Assembly: GCA_951406725.2 (NCBI GenBank)
Contig: OX597831.1
Coordinates: 61,442,001-61,506,000 of the forward strand
Direction: 5' to 3'
DNA length: 64,000 nucleotides
From: Octopus vulgaris
Lineage: Eukaryota
The translations under genes were made by a program, and so were the position numbers. This document shows positions 37,663 through 51,475 of this stretch, piece by piece. The notes under the pieces are model-generated. The model saw only the letters and a program-made list of their open reading frames with translations, made no database searches and was not told the origin of the DNA. Each line of letters opens with the position of its first letter. The stretch's first letter is position 1.

Positions 37663-38905
37663 AATTTCTTTACTTAAGGCAACAACATCTGCTCTCTCAT
37701 TTATTCACCTAGCGGCTATAATCTCGAGCACAGCTAAGTTTGAATGCTTATCTTATTTTTATTTATTTTCACTTCACTTCACTTCTCGACCAATCATACA
37801 TGTTTTCCTATCTGTTGTTATTTATCTATCTAACTATTGTATCTAATTTCTCCTCTATTAACTCTTGCCCGACCAAGTCTCGCTCTATCATCCTTTTTCA
37901 ACCTTCGCGCGTATTTGTCTATCGATCTCCGCCATCTTTAAAGCCTGTTCCCTTAATACACTTCCGCCTTGTCCAAAAATTCCTTTCCGGTCAATTTCTT
38001 TACTTAAGGCAACAACATCTGCTCTCTCATTCATTCACCTAGCGGCTATAATCTCGAGCACAGCTAAGTTTGAATGCTTATCTTATTTTTATTTATTTTC
38101 ACTTCACTTCACTTCTCGACCAATCATACATGTTTTCCTATCTGTTGTTATTTATCTATCTAACTATTGTATCTAATTTCTCCTCTATTAACTCTTGCCC
38201 GACCAAGTCTCGCTCTATCATCCTTTTTCAACCTTCGCGCGTATTTGTCTATCGATCTCCGCCATCTTTAAAGCCTGTTCCCTTAATACACTTCCGCCTT
38301 GTCCAAAAATTCCTTTCCGGTCAATTTCTTTACTTAAGGCAACAACATCTGCTCTCTCATTCATTCACCTAGCGGCTATAATCTCGAGCACAGCTAAGTT
38401 TGAATGCTTATCTTATTTTTATTTATTTTCACTTCACTTCACTTCTCGACCAATCATACATGTTTTCCTATCTGTTGTTATTTATCTATCTAACTATTGT
38501 ATCTAATTTCTCCTCTATTAACTCTTGCCCGACCAAGTCTCGCTCTATCATCCTTTTTCAACCTTCGCGCGTATTTGTCTATCGATCTCCGCCATCTTTA
38601 AAGCCTGTTCCCTTAATACACTTCCGCCTTGTCCAAAAATTCCTTTCCGGTCAATTTCTTTACTTAAGGCAACAACATCTGCTCTCTCATTCATTCACCT
38701 AGCGGCTATAATCTCGAGCACAGCTAAGTTTGAATGCTTATCTTATTTTTATTTATTTTCACTTCACTTCACTTCTCGACCAATCATACATGTTTTCCTA
38801 TCTGTTGTTATTTATCTATCTAACTATTGTATCTAATTTCTCCTCTATTAACTCTTGCCCGACCAAGTCTCGCTCTATCATCCTTTTTCAACCTTCGCGC
38901 GTATT
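37663..38905. repeat. Tandem array of a 330-bp unit (~3.8 copies, nearly identical)
   Basis: aacaacatctgctctc recurs at 37681, 38011, 38341 and 38671; only one substitution noticed, in the first copy. Confidence 0.97.
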
Positions 38906-39447
38906 CGCGGTGCCCACCCCCACCACCAATACCGGATATCTCTATATTTTTGCTCCATCTATACCGGATGTTGTTTCTCCCACCACCATTATAGGTGTCT
39001 ACTCTTCGAATGCCCCCTCCTCAATACGCTATTTTCACCATGCATTACCCTCTATCCTACGTTCTACTTGCCTAAGAACCTGTCATCATTCCTCTGAACC
39101 ACCCCTCCCCACTGGTGCTCCCCTATATTTCTGCCCCCCCCCCCACATAATAAAAAAGCACCATCCGAACGTGGCCGATGCCAGACCCCTCTGGCACCTG
39201 TGCAGGTGGCACGTAAAAAACACCCACTACACTCGCGGAGTGGTTGGCGTTAGGAAGGGCATCCAGCTGTAGAAACACTGCCAGACTAGACTGGAGCCTG
39301 GGGCAGTCCCTAGCTCCCCAGACCCCGGTCGAAACCGTCCAACCCGTGCTAGCGCGGAAAACGGACGTTAAACGATGATGATGATGATGATATATAGATA
39401 CACATATATATATACATACATATATAAACACATGTATATATACATAC

Positions 39448-39488
<41 letters not shown>

Positions 39489-39509
39489 CACACACACACA
39501 CACACACAT

Positions 39510-39546
<37 letters not shown>

Positions 39547-40504
39547 CGCCTGTCATTATAAATGTTCATCTACAACAGTTAATATTTTGCTTCAAGTCTC
39601 AGTCTTGGTGATTACAAAGGTCATGAAAATGAGAATGCAGCTGTTTTTTGCACCTGTGTTAAACTATTTAAACTATTTCACCATATATCATTGCACCAAA
39701 AACAAAAACAAAACAAAACAAAGAAAATATGTTGAATTTGAAATCAAGTAATTATACCATTACACTGGTAAGATAGTAGAGCTTGTCTGTATTTTAGCTA
39801 AAGGTTTGGCATTTTCTGTTTTGTTTCTGTTGGTGGTGAGGTTCTGTGTTTTACTGCCTGAGCTGAACTGCATCATTGATCAATATATTTAACTCTTTCA
39901 GGGCCACTTAAAGATAAATACAATTTGTTGATACACCTTAGCCTTGAAAGATGTAAAAACAGTTAGATATTTTGAGACAGTAATTTTTCACTACTAAGAT
40001 GAAATTTTATCGTGAATATAATGTGAAAAGACATTCTACTGAAGTATACAAGACATTGTTTTATTAATTAGATCTGAAAGAAGTGACTATAGTTACTAGA
40101 TACTGCAGCCTCTACAAGACTGGAAAATTGCCATGGTAACTATTCATCAAGAATAGTTGCAAGTCAATGGCTACAGGAAAAACATGGACAGGGAGGGAAT
40201 GCTTGAGGGTCAATATTTTGGGCAAGGGAAACTGTTGGATGGGAGCACAACTGTTAGTGTATTGACTGAGAAGTGGACACTATATGGTTGACCAAAAAAG
40301 AATGACTAATAGGTCTGAAGTGGCTAAGTAGATGGCAAATAAGACCAGTTGGCTAAAATACTTTAGTATCGAAAATTATGTGATAAAAGTAACAGCACAT
40401 TTGTGGATCAGAAGAACAATACATTGATGGAGATCAACAGCAGAAGACTTTGTTAGAGCTATTTGAGGACCTACAAAATGACAGTATATTGCCTTTAGTA
40501 GATA

Positions 40505-41035
40505 CCCTTTCTAGTATTTAGAAAGGGTATGGCCTGGTCAGCCTGTAATGATATGCATAAGATCTGGTCATCAAATCTAAGTAGAGATTTCAAACTTAAA
40601 ATCTTCAAAGCCACAGTCGAACTAATTCTACTATATGGCTCAGAAACCTGAATGTTGTCAAAGAAGCTTGAGAGGCGGTTGGATAGAAGTTACACTCGCC
40701 TCCTTATGAGAGCTCAAAATCTCTCGTGGAGGCATCATCCAACCAAAGTACAAATATACGGGAAACTACCACCTGTATCATCTCTTGTGAAAGGTAGAAG
40801 AGTCCAGTTTGCTGGACATTGCTGTAGAGCTGAAAACGAGGCAATTTCTACTCTTCTCCTCTGGAAGCCATCTACTTGCGATACCAGAGGGCGCACATTC
40901 TCCTACCCTGATGTAATCTCCAGGGATACAGGCATCCAGCAACAGGACCTCCGTAATGCTATGATGGACCGTGAAGTCTGGTGTAGCATAGTAAATTCCA
41001 TTGTCTTGACCACGGTTGAATAGTGATGATGACGA
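40505..41035 (+). mobile_element. 5'-truncated RTE-clade LINE, same family as 17049-17612
   Basis: RKGMAWSACNDMHKIW...LLYGSET..LSKKLERRLD; (GAT)n tail; TSD TTTAGTAGATA at 40494-40504 and 41036-41046. Confidence 0.92.
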
Positions 41036-42444
41036 TTTAGTAGATAACATAGAATTAGGGAAGTGAGCATTGAGATTGTATATTAAATATGTAGAGAGTA
41101 TCAACATGAAAATGATACTAAAGATATTTAGATCAACATAAAAATATTTCATTAAATATATGAGATCAACTATATAAATTAAGTAACTGGTACTTAATTT
41201 ATCGACCCCAAAAGGATGAAAGGCAAAGTCGACCTCGGCAGAATTTGAACTCGGAACATAACAACAGACGAAATACAGCTACGCATTTCGCCCGGCGTGC
41301 TAACGTTTCTGCCAGCTCGCCGCCTTAATAAACATAGAAACATATCAAATAAACATATGCAGATAGCAACGCAGTGTGATGGATCATTTGTACTGAAATT
41401 AATAGTCACAGACAAACAGAATTAGTGAATACCTCTAGAGAAAGACTGCATAAGTTATACTGCCTACATCATTTCAAAGCAACTCTTGATTCCAAAAATG
41501 GCATAAACTTTGAAAGAGTTTGGAAATGGACTAAAAGGTTCAATGAAATCATCCCAAGGAACATGATGTATGATTCTTATTAAGAAGGAAGTGTTTCACA
41601 GAAAAAAAAAAAAACATTTTTTTTTGGCTGTTGCAAGCTCAGGCTGGGCAATTCTCAATGGAAATGCCATTACCAAAAACTGCCATCACATATCTACATG
41701 TCACAGTCACTCTGTATAAGGTTAATGCAGAAATGGAGTTATGATTTCGTGATAATGATCGAGACATACTTTCCATTTCATTATATTATCATTAATCTTG
41801 CTACGACAGATGAGTTAAATGACTTCTGTCAATTTGCTGTTTTGCATTAAAGCAAAAAGGTAATCTACACAGCCTGTCGCTCCCCATTTGCATTTGACAG
41901 GTACACAGGCAACTGTAATCGATGCTTCTTAAACTGTTCACAAGAACAATCTTTCTCCTACCAGTCTTCAAACAAAATGATTAGCATCTTTCCTACTATT
42001 TCTACTACACCACACTCTGCAAGAGCATTTCTTCGGTGGCCTAAGATAAATATAGGCATAACTGAGAAGTGCAATGGGTCAAATGTGACTAAACAGTGTG
42101 GCGATATTAAAAGCTAAGTGGAAGTGTGCCAATAGGTCTGTTGGCAAAAATGTTGATATTTTTGCTGCTAAAGAAAGCAGAAAATTATTTTTCAGAGTGA
42201 AAATTGTGTGATTTGGGTAAACTGTTTCTCATCAAACAAAGACTTACAAACAACGTATTATGCATTTATCTTCTTATTTTTAGCTTTCGTCTTTTGTTTG
42301 TTTTAGTCTGTTTAGACTGTGGCTGGGGCTTTGTCTTGAAGGGTTTTAGCCAAACAAATTGATTTCAGTACTAAATTTTTAGCTATGGGGGATTTAAAGA
42401 AACCAACACCAGTTGTCATCCAACAGCTGAGGAAAATACAAACA

Positions 42445-42624
42445 CGCACACACACACACACATAAAATATACATATATATATGCACACACACATATATAC
42501 ACATGAATACACATACATATATAGATACACATATACAGAAATGCGTATATATATATATATATATATATGCACATACATAAATGTATACATGTAAATATAT
42601 ACATACATACATATATATACATAA

Positions 42625-42695
<71 letters not shown>

Positions 42696-42756
42696 AATAT
42701 ATATATATATACATATACATAAATATATACATATATATATATACACATATACATAA

Positions 42757-42797
<41 letters not shown>

Positions 42798-42840
42798 GAC
42801 ATAAATACACAGGCACAAATATTCTTTTATATATATATTT
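42445..42840. repeat. Compound (TA)/(CA) microsatellite
   Basis: Direct inspection. Confidence 0.95.
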
Positions 42841-43844
42841 ATTCTTTTATGATTCAGCCGAAAAGCTATAGCCATGCTAGAGTATAACCATATATACATT
42901 GTGGCTATTATGTTAGACTGTCATGTGTCCAAATTTGGCCAAATGAGTTTTTTCTTATATTTAATTTGGCTTGTAATAGCTGGTTCTTTTGGTCAAATTA
43001 TCTTATCTCCATCTGCTCCAGATGCTAAGATATGAAAATTGTCAAAGTGTAGTACAACGGTTTAACATTTTTCAAAAGTGTAGTTAAGTCCCACATACGA
43101 CAGTTTTGCAAAAATATATCTGACTGAAAATATCATACATACATGGATTTATGATTTTATGTACTCAACAAAATATTATTGTTAAGCTGAAATTGTTGCT
43201 AATGTAAAAAAATATGGAATGGTGAAACTAGGTTTTCGTTTTCTGAGAAAGCAGTATTTTGGACTTACAGCACTTTTGCATATATATATATATATTTTTT
43301 TTTTTTTTTAAGTATCAGCTGAGAGCTGCAGCCATGCTGAGACCAAATCCTGTTGATTGATTATTGTCTTTTATTCTTTCCATTTTGATAAAATAACATA
43401 CTAATCAAGAGTTGTGGATTGAGCAATGGACTAAATATCTTACATTGCTTGATTCGGTGTTTTTTTCATTAGAAGGTCTCCTGTGACCGTGCTGGTTTCA
43501 ATTTAAATCAACCTTTGCTTTTCCCTCAGGCATTATCAGTAGTTTAGGGGAGAGGCCCATGGCTTAATGGTTAGGATAATCAGCTCACAATCATAGGGTC
43601 ATGAGTTCGATACCCAGCAGCACAATGTGTTCTTGAGGAAGACACTTCATTTCACAGTTCTCCAGGACATGCAACTAGCAAAAATGAGTAGTATCTGTAT
43701 TTCAAAGAGCCAATGTTATCACATCCTGTGTCATGCTAAATTTCCCTGAGTATATTAAGAGTATACTTGCCTGTGGAGCACTCAGAGACTTGCCCATAAT
43801 TTTCATGAGCAAGCTGTTCTGATGATCAGATCAACTGAAACCCT

Positions 43845-44356
43845 TGTAGTGACGCTACTGTGTAAGTTTCAGCGTGCATGTGCAGAATTGGATTACTTCC
43901 GGTAGGCCACCAGAAGTTACCTCATGCACATGCGCAGGAACTGCAACCTGAAAGCGTCCCCGTTAAACTCGACCTTTTTTGGAAGAGCAGCGCTAACGAG
44001 CGGACGTGGCTAAGACTTCTCTCAGGGAACAACCTACGCACAGAGAAGCTCTCTCTTCAAAGTGGGAATGAACACCGTATCTTCTTGGCTTACCCGAGTG
44101 AACATTTGCAAACAGTCCTGTGGACTTGGCTGCTGGTTCGCCCTCAAGAAATATATATGTATATATTTTACCTGTGAACCTGAAGAATAAACTACTATTT
44201 ATTGTTATTGAAGACAGCCTGACTTTGGTTCCTTTTCTTCGACTTATAAGTGACAAGATAAGACCAGACACCCCTCCAGTGTTCCTGAACTCATCTTGTT
44301 ACACCCTTATCATTGTAGTCGATAGAGTGCCAGTTAGGGAAGCGGAACTTGTTACA
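43845..44356 (+). mobile_element. Possible solo LTR
   Basis: Segment richer in CpG than its surroundings, starting TGTA and ending GTTACA, with AATAAA at ~44186. No TSD identified and the left boundary is uncertain. Confidence 0.4.
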
Positions 44357-44754
44357 TAATAGATAATCTGTTGGTCTTCCATAGAAAATGCCATTCAGGC
44401 TTATGTTGTGAAGAGGAATTTCCATGTGCAGATACTTGGTCAACTCTGACCGATGGAGATCTTAAGGTCAATATTAGCATAACATATTCAAATTGGAGGT
44501 CACCATTAGGACACAATATGAGTGCAAAATGAAAATGTAAAAATCGGTCAACTCAAGCTACGAAAGGTCAACATTGAGAAACTTTATTGGTGTTTGGAGA
44601 CTACCATTATGTTAGTTCAGTGTAGCAGCTAAGATTTCACATAAGGATATTGCTTTACCACTGAATTATCAATAATCTATGTCAAATGAGAGAACAAAAC
44701 TATTTGGGAATATTCCAAAGAAATGTTATTATAACAATTTGTAATAGAGTTGTT

Positions 44755-45135
<381 letters not shown>

Positions 45136-45767
45136 TTCTTCCTATAAAAATACATTCAACATAAAAATACAGGCAAAAATGTCATTTTCTCTTTAGAATT
45201 GATATACATACATACATATATATATATATTATGTGCTTTGTCTGTCTTCATTTATGGAGACTGTCCAAACACTGCTGTATTTGTGGCTATACAGTAGAAA
45301 TATTTGGATTATTTATGTGAAATATATTGGTGTAGCCTACGAATAAGTCAGTATCTTTGAAATACAAAAGCAAAACCTAATAGTATTTGGATGATGTCCA
45401 TAAATTCCATCAAGTTGAATAATGTTCTCAAGACTACCCTTAGGCCCTTAGATATTTTGCTACCATTATCTTAGTTATTGCTACTTATCCAATCACCTAG
45501 GGAAAAATAACTCTTCTGTCATTTACAGTGAATCTTTCTCACACTGATATTTAAGTTTCCAGAGGTATGTAGCAGTGAAGGTATGTTCTTGAAGTGATAT
45601 ATTTTTTTTTCTCAATTTATTAAAATGCCCTTCAGTTTTCTTCACAACTTTTGGTTGCAGAGAACCTAGAAAATAGCAGTTCTTTCATTGGACACTGAGA
45701 AGTAGAAAAGTCTTGAGCCTGTTATTGTTGGAGTCTTGTATAATTGGTTGATATTATTATGGTTTTA

Positions 45768-46690
45768 AAGGCGGCAAGCTGGCAGAATCATTAGTACACT
45801 GAGTGAAATGCTTAATGGTATTTCGTATGGAAGGTGGCAAGCTGGCAGAAACATTACCACGCCAGGCGAAATGCGTAGCCATATTTCATCTGCCATTACG
45901 TTCTGAATTCCAATTCTGCCGAAGTCGACTTTGCCTTTCGGGGTCGATTAAATAAGTACCAGTTACGCACTGGGGTCGATATAATCGACTTAATCCGCTT
46001 GTCTGTCCTTGTTTGTCCTCTCTGTGTTTAGCCCTTTGTGGGTGGTAAAGAAATAGGTATTTTGTATGTCTTCACATTCTGAGTTCCAGTTCTGCTGAGG
46101 TCAACTTTGCTTTTCATCCTTTTGGAATCGATAAGATAAGTACCAGCTGAATACTGAGGTCAATGTAATTGACTTACAACTTCGCCCGAAATTGCTAACC
46201 TTGTACCAAAATTTCAAATTGATATTATTGTAGCTGTAGTCTAACCCCAGGTCAACTCTGATCCAATAAATTTAGAACAGAGGACATGACTATCCAATTT
46301 TTTTTTTCAGACACAGTGTATCTAATAAGTATTTCTTATTTAATTCTTTATTGCCCACAAGGGATTAACATAGAGGGGACAAACAAGGACAGACAAAGGC
46401 AAAGTCGACCTCGGTGGAATTTGAGCTCTGAACGTAGCAGCAGACGAAATACTTATTTCTTTACTACCCACAAGGGACTAAACACAGAGAGGACAAACAC
46501 GGACAGACAAATGAATTAAGTTGATTATATCAAGTCCAGTGCGTAACTGGTACTTATTTAATTGACCCCCGAAAGGATGAAAGGCAAAGTTGACCTCGGC
46601 GGAATTTGAACTCAGAAAGTAACGGCAGACAAAATACCGTTAATCATTTCGCCTGGCGTGCTAACAATTCTGCCAGCTCGCCACCTTTAG
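45768..46690. mobile_element. Cluster of nested SINE B copies (+ strand 45768-46220; - strand 46330-46690)
   Basis: Each block contains one SINE B copy inserted in or fused to another; the two blocks are inverted, about 110 bp apart. Confidence 0.85.
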
Positions 46691-46985
46691 GGTATTTCTT
46701 ATTGTGAAGATAAGCAATGTGTAATTTAAAAGAGATTTAGACTACTAATTCTTGTAGGTCATAAGACTACACAACGGTTCAAAATACACTGCAGCATATT
46801 AATGGTACTTCTTTTATTAGCCCCCAGAATGATGAAAGACAACGTCTGTCCAAACCGAATCTAAACTCATGACATATTTGTATGAAACAAAATACTATAA
46901 ACACATTTATGGCATAGTCCAACCCATGCCAGCATGGAAAATAGACACTAAACAACAACAACAACAACAATCATCATCATCCGCA

Positions 46986-46987
<2 letters not shown>

Positions 46988-47017
<30 letters not shown>

Positions 47018-47185
47018 CTTCTTCTTCTTCTTCTTCTTCTTCTTCTTCTTCTTCTTCTTCTTCTTCTTCTTCTTCTTCTTCTTCTTCTTCTTCTTCTTCT
47101 TCTTCTTCTTCTTCTTCTTCTTCTTCTTCTTCTTCTTCTTCTTCTTCTTCTTCTTCTTCTTCTTCTTCTTCTTCTTCTTCTTCTT

Positions 47186-47215
<30 letters not shown>
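46988..47215. repeat. Perfect (CTT)n, about 75 units
   Basis: Direct inspection. Confidence 0.98.
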
Positions 47216-47217
<2 letters not shown>

Positions 47218-48234
47218 ACTGTTATCCCTCTGTGCACTCTTCACAATGTTGCAACAGCTTAATACGGTTCATTGTATCAGTTCTGGTATATATAAATTAA
47301 TCTGTTTACTTCATGCTTCTCTTGTTTTTCTTCCTTCCTTTCTTCCTTTCTTTCTTTATTTATTTACTTATTTATTTGTTTATGTGATTTTCTGGCAGGT
47401 AGAAAATCTATTCATGGATTTCTCAGCTTATTTGGGTTTGCCAAATCCAGTGTTAGCCAAGTATTCTAGAATGACCTGGGTTGAACTTTATGGCAACTAT
47501 ATTGCTATATGCAAGAACTTTCATACAAAAAGCTTATATGTATAGAGTGTCACGTATCAAGCTCTATATAGTTAAAGCATCATACATGCAGGGGAAATAT
47601 CACCACAGCTGAAAGTAAGAAACAAAAAACAAGTTAAATAAATACACAAATAAGACACTAGAATCCTGACCACTGCCATTGGAGTAACCTTTACATGTTT
47701 AATCAACCAGCTGGAATTGGGTTTTTTTCCTCATCTCCAAATTACATTCTATCATGTTGACCAAACGGAAGATTACACTGGATAATGTAGCCTTGTGAAG
47801 AGCCCCTTTGGTCATGAATGACCATGGGATTGCATCTCGACAGTTCCCTTCTGAGGCACAAGCCCAGGCATGGTTGTTTATGGAAGACCACCAAATGTCC
47901 TTGCATACTAGCCTCTCCATGCCACCAACTTTACCCAAGGGAAAGGCAAAGCCTAACACAGCTTGGCACCAGTGGCATTGCAATTAATTTCTACAGCTGA
48001 AGGAACTGGAGAACGTGAAATAACGTGTCTTATTCAAGAATCTAATACACAGCCTGGTCTGAGAATCAAACTCACTACCTCATGATTGTGAGCCTGACAC
48101 TCTGACACTGAGCCATGTACCTTCACTAATGTAGCCTTAGATAAACTATAAAGATGGTCCAGGTTCAAGTGAGCTTTTTTAACACAGGTCTTCTCAACCA
48201 GATTCTTCATGGGTCTAGACAATGATACAACTCC

Positions 48235-48705
48235 TGACTTACTTACTTGTACTTATGGCGACATTCATCCTGGGTGGGTTGAGTCGGCTTCTTCTACCAC
48301 CCTTGAGACATCTCGAAGCATGGCAGCCCATGCACAACAGTCCTGCACCAGTTCACTGGGGATAGCGAGCCAGTCACGGTTCCATCGGCGCAGGCCGACC
48401 ACCTGCGAAATCGGGAGCACGGAGAGGTTCACCTTGATCATCGTAGCCCAGGTCTTCAGCTGCCCACCCGCACGTTTCCGCCAATTGGGAAGTGGAGTTG
48501 GGGGAAGGACATCACAGCTCAGTTCACCCACTGGATGCCTACATGCATGGCCAAACCACCGCAAGCGCCGTTGCTGAAGGACAGATGGAAGGGGCCGCAG
48601 AGACAGGCGAAGTCAGAGATTGGCGGTGGGAACTCGATCCACTCAACGGCAGCGAAGAATGCACCGGAGGTAGTCATTGTCAAAGACTTCCAACCTGAGC
48701 AATAT
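48235..48705 (-). mobile_element. 3' end of a GC-rich RTE-clade LINE with (AAGT)n tail
   Basis: RLRWFGHACRHP...PTPLPNWRKRAGGQLKTW...GLRRWNRDW...AW is an RTE C-terminal RW.GH..R motif region. Confidence 0.88.
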
Positions 48706-50369
48706 GATAGTTTCAGTAGCATAGCAGAGTTTCTATGAGTAGAGTTTGCTAGTCATTTCATCAACCTTTCAACAACATTTTTAAAGAAAGGGTCAGTGTC
48801 AAAGATTTCTACTTATCTCTTCTCAGTATGCAATATAACTGATTCATAGAGAGACAGGAAGAAGAATGGTTCCCAATAATTGTAATTTGTTTATTAGGTT
48901 CCCTTCATGGCCGTTTGCCAGCCTCGTCTGGCACCTGTGCCGGTGGCACGTAAAAAGCACCCACTACACTCTCAGAGTGGTTGGCGTCAGGAAGGGCATC
49001 CAGCTGTAGAAACACTGCCAGATCAGACTGGGCCTGGTGCAGCCTACTGGCTTCCCAGACACCAGTTGAACCGTCCAACCCATGCTAGCATGGAAAGCGG
49101 ACGTTAAACGATGATGATGATGATGTTGGCCTTAGCAGGATTTGAACTCAGAGAACAGAGAGTTGTAGCAAATATAAAGTGTCCTGTTTGATGCTCTAGT
49201 AACCCTGCCAATTCATCACTCACAGCAATATTCAATATTGAGATATTGCTTTCAAATTTTGGCGCAAGGCCAGCGATTTGGGGAGCAGGGATAAATTGAT
49301 TACAATGACCCCAGTAGTCAACTGGTTCTTGTTTTGTCAACCTTGAATCTGAACACAAAATGTAAAGATAGACAAAATACTGCTAAGCATCTTACCCAGC
49401 ATGCTAACAATTCTGCCATCTTGCAACCTTCCAATATTGAAATACTAGACAGTAAAGTGAATATCAGCATATTTAATGGATGGGACATTAAAATCTAAAG
49501 ATCATTTGTGTAATGAGAGAAATACAATAATTAGTTGATGATTAAAATAATTGTTTTCCGAGATCGTTGCCAGAGTAGCCAACTGGCTTCCGTACCCATG
49601 GCACGTAAAAGGGCACCATTCGAGCATGATCGTTACCAGCATCGCTTCATTGGCATCTGTGCCGGTGGCATGTATAAAAAGATTCGTGCGAGGTCATTGC
49701 CAGTACCACCTGACTGGCCCCCGTGCCGGTGGCACGTAAAAAGCACCCACTACACTCTCGGAGTGGTTGGTGTTAGGAAGGGCATCCAGCTGTAGAAACT
49801 CTGCCAGATCAAGATTGGAGCCTGGTGCAGCTATCTGGTTTGCCAGCCCTCAGTCAAAATCGTCCAACCCATACTAGCATGGAAAGTGGACATTAAACGA
49901 TAATGATGATGATGATGATGATTGTTGTTGTTGTTGCTATTTATTCCTGGTTCAGATTAATCCTAACTGAACAGACATCTGATCAAAGGAACTCCAGCCA
50001 TGATCATTAATTTTTTTAATATATATTTTGAATGAAATTATCAAATGTTTCTTTCTTTTGTTAAAATTATGAAGTGAGACTTGAAGAAGTGTTGTCAATA
50101 TTTCTAGCAGATTGAACTACTGAATTAGTGGCTAGCTGCCTAAGTCGTTTGATTTACTATATGTTATGGTTTTCAAGCCAATTTGGGTTTTCTCGCTTCA
50201 GCCATATTTAGAAGCTGGCTTTTTTGACTGCCACCTGTATCCTTCTTATTACCTTTCTCAGCTCCGAGCTGGATACAATGCAACAAAACTTAAAATAGCA
50301 AATTTGAAAACAACAAATTTTAAAAAAACTCATGAGCCATGAACAAGCACCCTCTTTCTCCAAACACAA

Positions 50370-50419
50370 ATGAATAATAATAATAACAATAATAATAATA
50401 ATAATTATTATTATTATCA

Positions 50420-50474
<55 letters not shown>

Positions 50475-50640
50475 CATTATTATCATTATCATAATTATTA
50501 TCATAATTATTATTATTATTATCATAATTATTATTATAATTATTATTATTATTATTATTATCATTATTATTATTATTTTTATTATTATGATTATTATTAT
50601 GGTTATTATTATTATTATTACTATTATTATTATTATAAAT
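50370..50640. repeat. (AAT)n/(TAT)n degenerate microsatellite
   Basis: Direct inspection. Confidence 0.95.
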
Positions 50641-51189
50641 GCCCTGATACAAAACCAGGCACTGGCTCTCATAACTTCTAATCATAACTAATTGGAAGTG
50701 TTATCATGTACATGTTTTGTCTTGGTGGTGAGCTACAGAAAATATTTTGCTCAATACCACAGATTTGCTTGTCACTTGCTTGATCTTCACCATTCGAGCA
50801 TGTCCCTTAGTGACTGACAATATTAGCATCTCTGATCTTGAGCAGAAGTAGTGGGGAAACATCATAGCCATGTATTGAGAAGTATTCTTTGGAGTTTGAG
50901 TAATTCACCTTTGGAAACATGGGTGCTTTGTTAATCATCCTTATTCATTGACATTTTGAGCAGAATGGGTTAATCAGCCTGAAGAAAATTCTAACTAGGC
51001 CTCATCCCCCCCTGCAAAGTCATGCACTGTTTATTTTGATATGAAATCAGCATGTTATGCACATATGGTTTTGGTTATGATGCATGTGCCTGGTGTACCT
51101 TTATCAGACGGGGAGTCATATGGGGTATATTTGACTTTGTATATTTGTTCTCCATTGTCACTTTGATAGCATGCATTGCTCTCTCTCAT

Positions 51190-51267
51190 TGAAGAAGGAG
51201 GAGGAGGAGGAAAAAGAAGAAGAAGGAGGAGGAGGGGGAAGGGGGAGGAAGGAGAAGAAGAAGAAGT

Positions 51268-51300
<33 letters not shown>

Positions 51301-51475
51301 CGAAGAAGAAGGAGGAAGAGGAGGGGGAGGGGGAGGGGGAAGAAGAAGAAGTAGAAGAAGAAGAAGAAGAAGAAGAAGAAGAAGAAGAAGAAGAAGAAGA
51401 AGAAGAAGAAAACGATGAAGATGAAGAAGAAGACGATGAAGAAGAAGACGATGAAGAAGAAGAAGAAGATTGATG
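51190..51475. repeat. Polypurine (GAA)/(GGA) tract
   Basis: Direct inspection. Confidence 0.95.

Noticed and set aside
37740-39272. Repeated identical 100-103 aa ORFs as a tandem gene array, CRISPR array or retrozyme
   Set aside because: They arise from the 330-bp repeat, contain stops within each unit and have no recognisable domain. There are no unique spacers, and no CTGANGA core on either strand.
50200-50345. RLE-type LINE C-terminus (VKKASF*IW on the minus strand)
   Set aside because: Too short and degenerate to support.
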